This document shows positions 9,673-17,826 of a DNA stretch of 32,000 nt, piece after piece. The notes under the pieces are model-generated. The model was given only the letters and a program-made list of their open reading frames with translations. It did not search any database and was not told the origin of the DNA. The translations under genes and the position numbers were made by a program. The first letter of the stretch is position 1. Every line of letters begins with the position of its first letter. Origin of the DNA: Synechocystis sp. PCC 6803 substr. PCC-P (GTDB taxonomy: Bacteria > Cyanobacteriota > Cyanobacteriia > Cyanobacteriales > Microcystaceae); the NCBI RefSeq assembly GCF_000284455.1, contig NC_017039.1:1830001-1862000 (forward strand), read 5' to 3'.

Positions 9673-9873
9673 TGAAACCTATACTTTAAAATTCCGCTAC
9701 TTTCGTCTATTTCTACGGTAGCCAATTTTCCTGACTGTGCTTTCTTGAGAAGATTGTCAGTAGTTTGGATATTAATTTTTAATCCTTGCATGATTTGGTA
9801 GTGTCATCTATGTAGTGAATGCCCAAAAAAGACCAAAGTCGGGGCGAAATAGCACTTCCGAACTTTAGACCAA

Positions 9874-9999
9874 ATGAAGACAGAGCTTAAAAACACTTTT
9901 GATCGAGACATTGACCTGATTACCCGTGAGAGCATCCACACTAGTCTTAACTAGTTACGCCGTCACCAAATCATTTCTTCAGCCCAGGTGATTTATGCA
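9874..9999 (+). pseudogene. Remnant of the C-terminus of an MntA-type minimal nucleotidyltransferase
   Basis: Reading through one TAG gives MKTELKNTFDRDIDLITRESIHTSLN*LRRHQIISSAQVIYATG, resembling the GRKVDLVT...RRHxIL...VIYA endings of cyanobacterial nucleotidyltransferases. The N-terminal GSxARG half was not seen. Confidence 0.5.
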
Positions 10000-10083
10000 A
10001 CGGGGCCTTCAATTTTTACTTGATACGCTTTATCCGCAGCGCTGATCCTGACCTATACTACTCAATGCTCAATGGCGGAAAGA

Positions 10084-11718
10084 TCAAATATGGTTATTTT
10101 GCTGCCGAGCTTGTAATTGTTGACGAATGTCGGTATGAACTGCCCTGGTTATGGGATAGAAAATAGCTAGTATCAATCCGCCCAGTAAAAAGAAAGCTGG
10201 CAGGGGAGCAACGGCAAAACGAATGGCCCAGAGAGCACTGTCCGGTTGAATGGGAATTGGTTCCCCAGGAATGCGGGCAATAAAGCCGGACGCTTCCAGA
10301 GTTAGCCCCACCAAAAATAAGCCAAGGGCTAAACCTACTTTTTGCAATAGCACCATAAAGGCGTAGAAAAATCCTTCTCTGCGTTTGCCGGTGTTTAATT
10401 CGTCTAGATCCACCACATCGGGAATCATAGACCAGGGAATTAAATAGGCTACGGACACTCCCACTCCAGCAAAAATAGCTAGGGTGTACAGTAAAGCAAC
10501 CTGTCCTGGTTGCACTAACCAAAGCCCAGCTTCTGCCCCCATCCACACCATGGAGCCGAGAAAATAGATCACTTTTTTATCTAAAAACTGAGCCAAAGCT
10601 TGCCAAACAAATAGCATCACGAGGGCGGTGCCCTGGACAGCTAGGGCAATGGTGCCGGATTGTTGCTCATTTAAGCCCATCCAACTAACCACGAAATAAA
10701 CCAGAATTGATGCGGTCAATTGGACGGCCAACCAGGAACAGAGGTAAATACCAATGACAAATAGAAAAGCCCGGTTACTGAAGGCAATTTTGAGTTGTTT
10801 CAGCAGAGGCAAATTTTCTGTAACTCCGGGACTGGGGGAATTTTCAAGCTTTTGTAGATGTTCTTCTACAGCGCTGTCCCGCAGTGTAAAACCAAATCCA
10901 CCCCAAATTAACCCCAGTAGAATGAGGAAAAAGCTGATGTAATCAAAACCGCTGCCCCCCAACAAGTTAAAACTTTTGGCGATCGCCAATAAGATTAGGG
11001 TAATGCCGGCGGCCATTAACAGAGGCGCTAAACGTCGGCGTAGACTGGGCGAAAGGATTGGTTCTTTACCCTTTTCTTGTAGCCTTAACGCACTCCACAG
11101 TAGAGCCGAGATGGAGAGCACGGAAATCATTACTCCCAATTCACCAAACTGCTGCTGGGGGCGATCGGGCAAACCGGCGGCGATGAGGATGTAGAGAATG
11201 AGGGAAAGAATACTGCCGCCAATGGAAAAAGCAAAACGAAAACTATTTAGCCTAGTGCGCTCATTGTAGTTCTGGGTCAGCTCCGGTGTTAGGGCCGTGT
11301 AGGGCAAATTAACCGTGGTGTAACACAAATTAAATGCCATGGCGATCGCCACATAGTAAATAAACAATCCCCATTGATTAGTCAGGCGATCGTCGCTGAA
11401 ATGGGGAATTAACCACTGGGCAGTGTAAAAAAGAGCGAAGGGAATCATTCCTCCCAACATCCAAGGCAAACGCCGGCCCCATCGACTGCGGGTGCGATCA
11501 CTTAACAAGCCAATGATCGGGTCATTGATGGCATCAAAAATTTTGCCAATCATCAACACACTACCCGCCAGGGCCGCCGGTATTCCCGCCACATCGGTGA
11601 GGAAAAACAGCAGGTAAAACACCAAAATGTTGGCAGTTATAGCCGGGCCAAAGTCCCCTGCTCCATAGGCCAATTTAGTGGTGAAGTGAAGTTTTTCGGC
11701 GGAAAGGGATTGGCTCAT
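10084..11718 (-). CDS. GPH-family (MelB-like) sugar/cation symporter, MFS
   Basis: 544-aa ORF; AYGAGDFGPAI, DAINDPIIGLLSDRTRSRWGRRLPW, many TM helices. Confidence 0.9.
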   Translation of the reverse strand: MSQSLSAEKLHFTTKLAYGAGDFGPAITANILVFYLLFFLTDVAGIPAALAGSVLMIGKIFDAINDPIIGLLSDRTRSRWGRRLPWMLGGMIPFALFYTAQWLIPHFSDDRLTNQWGLFIYYVAIAMAFNLCYTTVNLPYTALTPELTQNYNERTRLNSFRFAFSIGGSILSLILYILIAAGLPDRPQQQFGELGVMISVLSISALLWSALRLQEKGKEPILSPSLRRRLAPLLMAAGITLILLAIAKSFNLLGGSGFDYISFFLILLGLIWGGFGFTLRDSAVEEHLQKLENSPSPGVTENLPLLKQLKIAFSNRAFLFVIGIYLCSWLAVQLTASILVYFVVSWMGLNEQQSGTIALAVQGTALVMLFVWQALAQFLDKKVIYFLGSMVWMGAEAGLWLVQPGQVALLYTLAIFAGVGVSVAYLIPWSMIPDVVDLDELNTGKRREGFFYAFMVLLQKVGLALGLFLVGLTLEASGFIARIPGEPIPIQPDSALWAIRFAVAPLPAFFLLGGLILAIFYPITRAVHTDIRQQLQARQQNNHI

Positions 11719-11743
11719 TAAGTTTGATGATGGCGGTAAGTTC

Positions 11744-11884
11744 CTAGCCCACAGCGTAGGCTACCCGTAGGGCCCAGATAATCAGGGCACCAATGCCCCC
11801 CAGGATTAACATTGCCGAAACAGCGACGAGGAAGGGCTTATCTGCCCCGTCGAATTTCATGATGCCACGGTTCAGGTCTGACAT
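11744..11884 (-). CDS. Small single-TM protein, 46 aa, below the track's length cutoff
   Basis: Minus strand ATG 11882-11884 to TAG 11744-11746: MSDLNRGIMKFDGADKPFLVAVSAMLILGGIGALIIWALRVAYAVG; upstream GGAG about 10 nt from the ATG. Confidence 0.7.
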   Translation of the reverse strand: MSDLNRGIMKFDGADKPFLVAVSAMLILGGIGALIIWALRVAYAVG

Positions 11885-12010
11885 AAAACCGACTCTCCAA
11901 AAGACTACATTGCAAAGGTTAGACGGACTTCCATGGTCTTAGTTTACTGTCTTGTCTGGAGCTTAACCTGTTCCCACGGACACTTTTTAGTCAGGTTTTG
12001 ATGGCATCAC

Positions 12011-12562
12011 TCACACCATGGCCCAAAGCAGGGAATCAAATATTTGTTGCCATCTTTGACCCAAAGTCTCAGCAACCTGGGGGAATTGTAGAAAGACAAA
12101 ATATGCCGTCAAGGAAATTCCCCCCACTAAAATGTAAATCCATTTGCCTAGATTGACTTCCACCACTAGGCAATAAAGCCAGTAGAAAACCAATGCTGCA
12201 AAAATCACCCCTGCGCTCCCCATCAATTGCAAGGCGATGACATAGATGTCCGTTTTGTCTAAAGTCGAATTATGTACTAAGTTTGCGGCGTAACCAGCGT
12301 ACCAAACTTGGATTATAATTCCTGGAATCCAGCCGATCCATTGAAATTTGAGTGAATTAATCACATCGACAATGGCACTTGTCCAATTGCCAAACCATTG
12401 CCATTCTTCATTCTTTCCTGTGATTTGATTCCACACTCCATTGATGAGTACAACTAATAGCAATGCCAATACCCAGGGAGCAATCAGCAGAAGCAGTAAA
12501 CCCCAGTACATAACGATACTACCGAGGGCATGGCCCATTAGTTTCAGAAATAGCAGGCCCAT
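12011..12562 (-). CDS. Hypothetical multi-pass membrane protein
   Basis: 183-aa ORF with about four hydrophobic segments. Confidence 0.7.
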   Translation of the reverse strand: MGLLFLKLMGHALGSIVMYWGLLLLLIAPWVLALLLVVLINGVWNQITGKNEEWQWFGNWTSAIVDVINSLKFQWIGWIPGIIIQVWYAGYAANLVHNSTLDKTDIYVIALQLMGSAGVIFAALVFYWLYCLVVEVNLGKWIYILVGGISLTAYFVFLQFPQVAETLGQRWQQIFDSLLWAMV

Positions 12563-12637
12563 AGTAGTGGATCACAAAAACGTTGGCATTTATCCTATCA
12601 CGGGGATAATTTGCCGTTTCCCATTAATTTACCAAGT

Positions 12638-13465
12638 CTAATAATCGTAATCTAAAATCACTTTTAGCCATTGGGGAGGCCGGGGAATGGGATTACCCAA
12701 ACGATCCAAAATCAAGAGCGCTGTTAAATGCACTGCCAGCATATAAATCAGACTGTTGAGGAAAACCATACCTACTGCCAAGAATTGTACTAGTAGCACG
12801 TCTGGCTGAGCCAAAATATTGAATTGTAAAAATAGCCAGTCAAGCAAATTGGTGATCTGTCCCATGACATATTGCCAAAGGTTTTCCCCCAACAGAAAGG
12901 AAAATAGCCAAAAGCGAAAGAAAAAGCCAAAGGTACCGATTAGTGCACCGGTAAAAATGGAAAAGCCCCAGGATGCATTTCTCACCCAGCAGAATCCCAA
13001 CTGCAAACTCATGAGCCCATAGGGAATGACAAAGACCACACTCCGGGTGGGGCCCATCAACACAGAAAGTAGCAACCCGGCGGCAATCATGCCCTTAATG
13101 GCGGCCGGCGATCGCCAACGCAGATAAACCAGAGCCAGGGGAATGGGAAACAGGATCCTTAATAGGGGGCCAATGGGAAAATAATAATTAATCAGCCAAA
13201 TAATGCTGACCATGCTAGCGAGAAAGGCGCTTTCCACCATGGCCAGGGTCTGGGGAGATTTCAACACCGGCTGTTGACGGCTCAAGGGTAATTCCTGTAG
13301 TGCTTTGCTTTCCTCTGTTTCTCCGTCCCCCGCATCCACCCAATTGTCTTCATCCATACTATTCACATCGACCATATCCGCCGTAGTCTCCTTGGGATCA
13401 CTAACAGAATTGGTAATCTCAGCTTTAATTCCGGTATTCGGCGATCGGTCAGCAGAAAAAGTCAT
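12638..13465 (-). CDS. DUF2232-like multi-pass membrane protein
   Basis: 275-aa ORF; acidic N-terminus followed by a polytopic region (LLRILFPIPLALVYLRWRSPAAIKGMIAAGLLLSVLMGP). Confidence 0.78.
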   Translation of the reverse strand: MTFSADRSPNTGIKAEITNSVSDPKETTADMVDVNSMDEDNWVDAGDGETEESKALQELPLSRQQPVLKSPQTLAMVESAFLASMVSIIWLINYYFPIGPLLRILFPIPLALVYLRWRSPAAIKGMIAAGLLLSVLMGPTRSVVFVIPYGLMSLQLGFCWVRNASWGFSIFTGALIGTFGFFFRFWLFSFLLGENLWQYVMGQITNLLDWLFLQFNILAQPDVLLVQFLAVGMVFLNSLIYMLAVHLTALLILDRLGNPIPRPPQWLKVILDYDY

Positions 13466-13595
13466 GGAAAAAGTTTTTCAGTTATAACTTTGAACCCATC
13501 TAACACGGGATTCTGTGGCAACAAGCCCAACCCACCTAGTGTGACATACTATGTTTCGGCGATCGGCAATGGTGCCAGGGCAATATTTTCTATGT

Positions 13596-14294
13596 TCAGG
13601 AAATTAGATCTTCTAAATCCCTGAGATTGGCCACACTGATAAAATCCGGCTCTCGATGGATTAAGCCCCGTTTTTCCAGTTTAGTTAGGCAACGGGTGAC
13701 AGTTTCCCTGGCTAACCCACTAATACTACTCAATTCTCGGTGGGGCAAATTGGGAATAATTACCCCTTTGTCCGTATCTCGGCCCCGACCTTCCGCCAAA
13801 AATAGCAGGGTATCCGCCACCCGGGTTAAACTTTCTGCTTCCCTCAGCCGCAAACGACGGTTAAGTTGCCGCAGACGGCGAGCAATGATCTGGGCTAAAC
13901 GAATGCCCGCCATGGGCTCTGTTTGGAGAAAATTGTAAAATTCCGGAGCTGGTACACTGCACACTTCCGCCGGGGTAAGGGTGATGACGTCGGTGGAGCG
14001 GGGAGCCTCTTCGATCGCCGCCATTTCCCCGACAATCTCTCCCCGGCCGACAATGTTGAGGGTTACTTCCCGACCATCCACATTATGGGTGCGAATTTTG
14101 ACCCAGCCATCCATGACGAAATAAACTGAGCCGCCCCAGTCATGTTCGAGGAGAATAACTTGGTTGGCGGGATGACTGCGAACGGAAACATGGGCAATGG
14201 CCTCTTGCAATACTTCCAGCCTTAATCCCTCAAAAAAAGGTATTTCTTGGCTTAAACGCTCAGTAAACTCTGAATTTTGGGGACTAGTGCCCAT
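13596..14294 (-). CDS. sycrp1: Crp/Fnr-family transcription regulator, SYCRP1-like
   Basis: 232-aa ORF; cNMP-binding domain (GEIVGEMAAIEEAPRSTDV) and HTH (HRELSSISGLARETVTRCLTKLEKRGLI). Matches recalled sll1371. Confidence 0.85.
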   Translation of the reverse strand: MGTSPQNSEFTERLSQEIPFFEGLRLEVLQEAIAHVSVRSHPANQVILLEHDWGGSVYFVMDGWVKIRTHNVDGREVTLNIVGRGEIVGEMAAIEEAPRSTDVITLTPAEVCSVPAPEFYNFLQTEPMAGIRLAQIIARRLRQLNRRLRLREAESLTRVADTLLFLAEGRGRDTDKGVIIPNLPHRELSSISGLARETVTRCLTKLEKRGLIHREPDFISVANLRDLEDLIS

Positions 14295-14437
14295 AACCCT
14301 CCTCCCTAAACATTGATAGCCTCCCTAGGATGGCTCGGTCTTTTAATTCTGGCAAACAATGGTTGAAACATCTTGTTTACCTGGGTTTGAATTCCCTATA
14401 AGTAAACCTTAAATTGGTTGTGCCCCACTCCAGAGAA

Positions 14438-14453
14438 AGTGAGTTTTTTCACT
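14438..14453. promoter_or_regulatory. CRP-like palindrome AGTGA-N6-TCACT
   Basis: agtgagtttttt cact read directly; differs from TGTGA-N6-TCACA only at the outermost base of each half-site. Confidence 0.45.
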
Positions 14454-14478
14454 TGCTAGGGAGCATTTCTGGATTGGA

Positions 14479-14610
14479 TTAAGACTTGTTACCATGAACC
14501 GAGTGGGCAAACCAAATCAAAATGGCACAAACAATGCCACTGGCAATAGCCTGTGGGTTCCAAGCTTGGGAATTTTTTTCCTCAACTAAATCCCCCCAAA
14601 TTAGAATCAC
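14479..14610 (-). CDS. Candidate small membrane protein, 43 aa, GTG start
   Basis: (M)ILIWGDLVEEKNSQAWNPQAIASGIVCAILIWFAHSVHGNKS*; predicted single TM; start codon weak. Confidence 0.3.
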   Translation of the reverse strand: MILIWGDLVEEKNSQAWNPQAIASGIVCAILIWFAHSVHGNKS

Positions 14611-14822
14611 ATCGAGCAGAATGATCGCTTGTTAGAGAAGGGAAGATAGATATTCTAACGGGTAGTTGACAGTAATTTATTGAAAGACATTTATCACAGT
14701 CTAATTCTTTAGGATTTTCTACAGAAGAAACTAAAAAATTGTGTGCTGCCGATATCAATAACTTTTGATTTGTTAGCGGTACCCAGATTTTTTATAAAAT
14801 CAATTTTTTATGGCCGCTTATT

Positions 14823-15893
14823 CTACAGCAAATTTTCGTACTCCGGTTGAGATTGTAGTTGTTTAAGCAAATCCTTGATGTCCTGGGTATGGTCTTTGGG
14901 CACCACCAGGGTGACATTGCCTTCCCGCACAATTACCACGTCTTTCAAGCCAATGGTGGCAATTATCTGGTTCTCATCACTGGCGTAAACAATACAGCCC
15001 CGGCTATGCAAGTTGACATGGTTAGCCAAATCCACATTGGCTTCTGTTTCGGGAAAAAGTCGCTCCAAGGCATTCCAATCCCCCAAATCATCCCAACCAA
15101 AATTGGCCGGTAGAACGGCGGCTAATTGGGTTTTTTCCATCAATACATAGTCAATGCTTTTCTTTTCTAAAGCTGGGTAACCGGCTGCTCCCTTAGCCCT
15201 TAAAGTAGCTAATAATTCGGGGGCGTGCCGGTCTAATTCCCTTAGTACCACCCCGGCTCGGAAAATGAACATGCCACTATTCCAACTAAACTTACCGCTG
15301 TCCACAAAGGTTTGGGCCGTGGCTCGGTCGGGCTTTTCGGTAAAGCGGGTCACTTGATACACCGGTAAACCATCTATTTCCCGTTCCAATGTGCCCTGCT
15401 CGATGTAGCCATAACCAGTAGCGGGGCCATGGGGTTTAATCCCAAGGGTGACAATGGCGTCCTGTTCCTGGGCATAGGCGATCGCCGCTTTCAAAGTTTG
15501 CTCGTAGGCGCATTGGTCTTTAATCCAGTGGTCAGCGGGAAAAAAACCAATAATGGCATCGTCTCCATACTGTTGGGCGATTTCTAGGCTAGCCCAGGCC
15601 ACCGCAGGGGCCGTATCTTTTCCCTCTGGCTCCACTAGGCAATTTTCCTTGGGCAATGAAGGCAATTGCTCGAAAACACCTTCTGCAATGGGGGCCGCCG
15701 TAATCACCCACAAATTTTCCCAGTCCCCAGCCAAGGATAGTAGACGTTGGGCTGTGGCCTGCAATAGACTAACCCCGGAACCATCCAGGGACAAAAATTG
15801 TTTAGGTCGTTGCCTACGGCTTAGGGGCCAAAATCTTTCTCCTTTACCACCGGCAAGAATTACGGGAATGAAAACGGGGGATGATGTATTCAT
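14823..15893 (-). CDS. manC: Mannose-1-phosphate guanylyltransferase
   Basis: Track ORF to 15926; likely start MNTSSPVFIPVILAGGKGERFWPLSRRQRPKQFL. FFPADHWI, VTRFTEKPD, WNSGMFIFR, NFGWDDLGDW. Confidence 0.92.
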   Translation of the reverse strand: MNTSSPVFIPVILAGGKGERFWPLSRRQRPKQFLSLDGSGVSLLQATAQRLLSLAGDWENLWVITAAPIAEGVFEQLPSLPKENCLVEPEGKDTAPAVAWASLEIAQQYGDDAIIGFFPADHWIKDQCAYEQTLKAAIAYAQEQDAIVTLGIKPHGPATGYGYIEQGTLEREIDGLPVYQVTRFTEKPDRATAQTFVDSGKFSWNSGMFIFRAGVVLRELDRHAPELLATLRAKGAAGYPALEKKSIDYVLMEKTQLAAVLPANFGWDDLGDWNALERLFPETEANVDLANHVNLHSRGCIVYASDENQIIATIGLKDVVIVREGNVTLVVPKDHTQDIKDLLKQLQSQPEYENLL

Positions 15894-15976
15894 AGGGGGC
15901 AAAATTGACTGGCCAGGGATTTCCACCGCCTAGGATACAACGACAGGAATCCCAGGGGTCTGAAAATTCTTAATAA

Positions 15977-17269
15977 TCAAGATTCAGACGGTGGGGGAGT
16001 TAGGTTACGGGCCGGATCGCCTAATAAAACCTTATCCATGGGGCCAGCATTTAAATTTTCCGGTAACACCTGCCAATGTTCGGCGATTTGTTGTAACAGT
16101 CGGTCCTGCTCGACTCGCAGACGATCAAAATTGGGGCCATTATTGATGATGGCAAACCAAACAGTGCCCCGCTCCTGGGTAGGAATAGTACCCGCTAGGG
16201 CACTGACCGTATTTAATGTGCCAGTTTTTATCGTTAATCCCTGGGGCATACTGCGCCATTCCAATGTTCCCCGGCGATCGCGCCCCATGACGGGAAAAAT
16301 ATCGTCAATGCCTAGGCCATGGGGTTCCAGTTGCGCCGCTAAAACTTGATACATTTTGGTCACGGCCCTGGGGGAAAGCCGATTGTCCACCCCTAGGCCG
16401 GAGCCATTTTTTAGTTGAATTTCCGCCGCTGGAATTGCCCCCAAGCGCGAGGTGGTTTGGGCCACGATCGCCGCTCCGCCTATGGCCTGGGCCAACATCT
16501 CGGCCATATCGTTATTGCTGTAGATGTTCATCTGTTTGAGCAAGGCCGCTAGGGGAAGGGATTGATGCTCTAGTAACGGTTCTAAGTTGGCGGGTAAAAC
16601 AGCCTGGGTCTGGACAGCGCCAGCAATTTTTACTTGGGGCCGGGGAGTATTGGGAGGTAAATCCCCGAAGGCTTGGCTCACTGTGGCCGACCATTGGCTT
16701 TCATCCACGGCTTGTTGAAATAAAGCTCCGGCAATGGCAGGGTTGGCCTCAAAGTTCATAGCAAAATTGCCCACCGCCACCAAATCTCCGGTTACTTCCC
16801 GAATGCCTGCTTGGTTCAGGGCATTGCCCACGGCGATCGCCTCTTCCCAGACAAAGAGGGGATCATGGTCCCCAGCGACGAATAAATTCCCCTCTAAAAC
16901 CCCGTTATGGATGGGGCCATCGGTGTAAAAACGGGTGATAAAACGATGGTTGGGTGCCCATTTATCCAACGCCGCCACACTGGTGGCAATTTTGGTCAAA
17001 GAAGCCGCTGGAAAAGCACTTTCTCCCTGGTTGTAGCCCAAATAGGCCCATTCTGACTGTAACCAAATGCCCTGGCGCTGGCGATCGTAGCCCAAGGATT
17101 CCAGGCGATCGAGGTAATTATCTACAATTTTGTCGATGGCCGGATCCGCTTGGGTGGGTACAGCAAAAACCTTCGCTTCCTGCCAGGCCACTTCCTGGCC
17201 AACTAAGGGTTCCCCCGCGCCCCCCCAACTGAGCAGGGCCAACACCGTCGCCCCAAAGATTCTCACCAT
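15977..17269 (-). CDS. dacB: D-alanyl-D-alanine carboxypeptidase/endopeptidase (peptidase S13)
   Basis: 430-aa ORF with signal peptide; PAASLTKIATS (SxxK), YSNNDMAEML (SxN), TIKTGTLN (KTG). Confidence 0.92.
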   Translation of the reverse strand: MVRIFGATVLALLSWGGAGEPLVGQEVAWQEAKVFAVPTQADPAIDKIVDNYLDRLESLGYDRQRQGIWLQSEWAYLGYNQGESAFPAASLTKIATSVAALDKWAPNHRFITRFYTDGPIHNGVLEGNLFVAGDHDPLFVWEEAIAVGNALNQAGIREVTGDLVAVGNFAMNFEANPAIAGALFQQAVDESQWSATVSQAFGDLPPNTPRPQVKIAGAVQTQAVLPANLEPLLEHQSLPLAALLKQMNIYSNNDMAEMLAQAIGGAAIVAQTTSRLGAIPAAEIQLKNGSGLGVDNRLSPRAVTKMYQVLAAQLEPHGLGIDDIFPVMGRDRRGTLEWRSMPQGLTIKTGTLNTVSALAGTIPTQERGTVWFAIINNGPNFDRLRVEQDRLLQQIAEHWQVLPENLNAGPMDKVLLGDPARNLTPPPSES

Positions 17270-17328
17270 AACTTAGCTTTTTCCTCCCACCAATTATCCA
17301 AGCGGCTTTGAAAAACCTTGGGTGGCCC

Positions 17329-17730
17329 CTAGGCTTTGACCAGAATGTTGTTGCCGCTCACCTGGGTAGCATAGGTAGGTAAATCCCTGATGGCGGGCCC
17401 CTTCAGCACCTTGCCGGTGGCCGCAAATTCCGCTCCGTGGCAGGGACAGACAAATTTACCATTGGCTTTTTTCCAATTCACCTGACAGCCGTTGTGGGTA
17501 CAAGTGGGATTAACCGCACTAATCTGGCCACTATTACCATTGGGTACTACCGTCACCGGCCCCTTGGGAGTGTTCCCCTTCAACTCTCCCTTGGCCTTGA
17601 GGTCCGCCATGGTACCAACATTTACCGTTTGTCCTTGGCCGTTACTACTATTACCACCAAAACAACCAGTGATGACAGCGATCGCCGTACTGAAAGCAGT
17701 GTAAGAAATTAGCTTGCGTCGTTTGACCAT
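17329..17730 (-). CDS. petC3: Rieske [2Fe-2S] protein, PetC3-like
   Basis: 133-aa ORF; CTHNGC ... CPCHGAEF Rieske motifs; N-terminal AVITGC lipobox. Confidence 0.88.
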   Translation of the reverse strand: MVKRRKLISYTAFSTAIAVITGCFGGNSSNGQGQTVNVGTMADLKAKGELKGNTPKGPVTVVPNGNSGQISAVNPTCTHNGCQVNWKKANGKFVCPCHGAEFAATGKVLKGPAIRDLPTYATQVSGNNILVKA

Positions 17731-17826
17731 GGTGGTAGATAAAAAGAACTGCCCCCAGTTTAGCCAAAGTTTCGATGCGGTGGCAGTTGGAAGCAGTCTG
17801 ATTTTGAGGCAATAAAAGCAAGAACA

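Noticed and set aside
9940-9955. Inverted repeat ACTAGT-CTTA-ACTAGT
   Set aside because: Short, falls inside the nucleotidyltransferase relic, has no T-tract and no repeats elsewhere; compatible with chance.
10094-10546. 150-aa minus-strand ORF and other overlapping ORFs in 10754-11194
   Set aside because: They lie inside the transporter gene in other frames and show no domain features.
16038-17232. Chain of plus-strand ORFs antisense to dacB
   Set aside because: No motifs, and dacB carries all three S13 active-site motifs on the minus strand.
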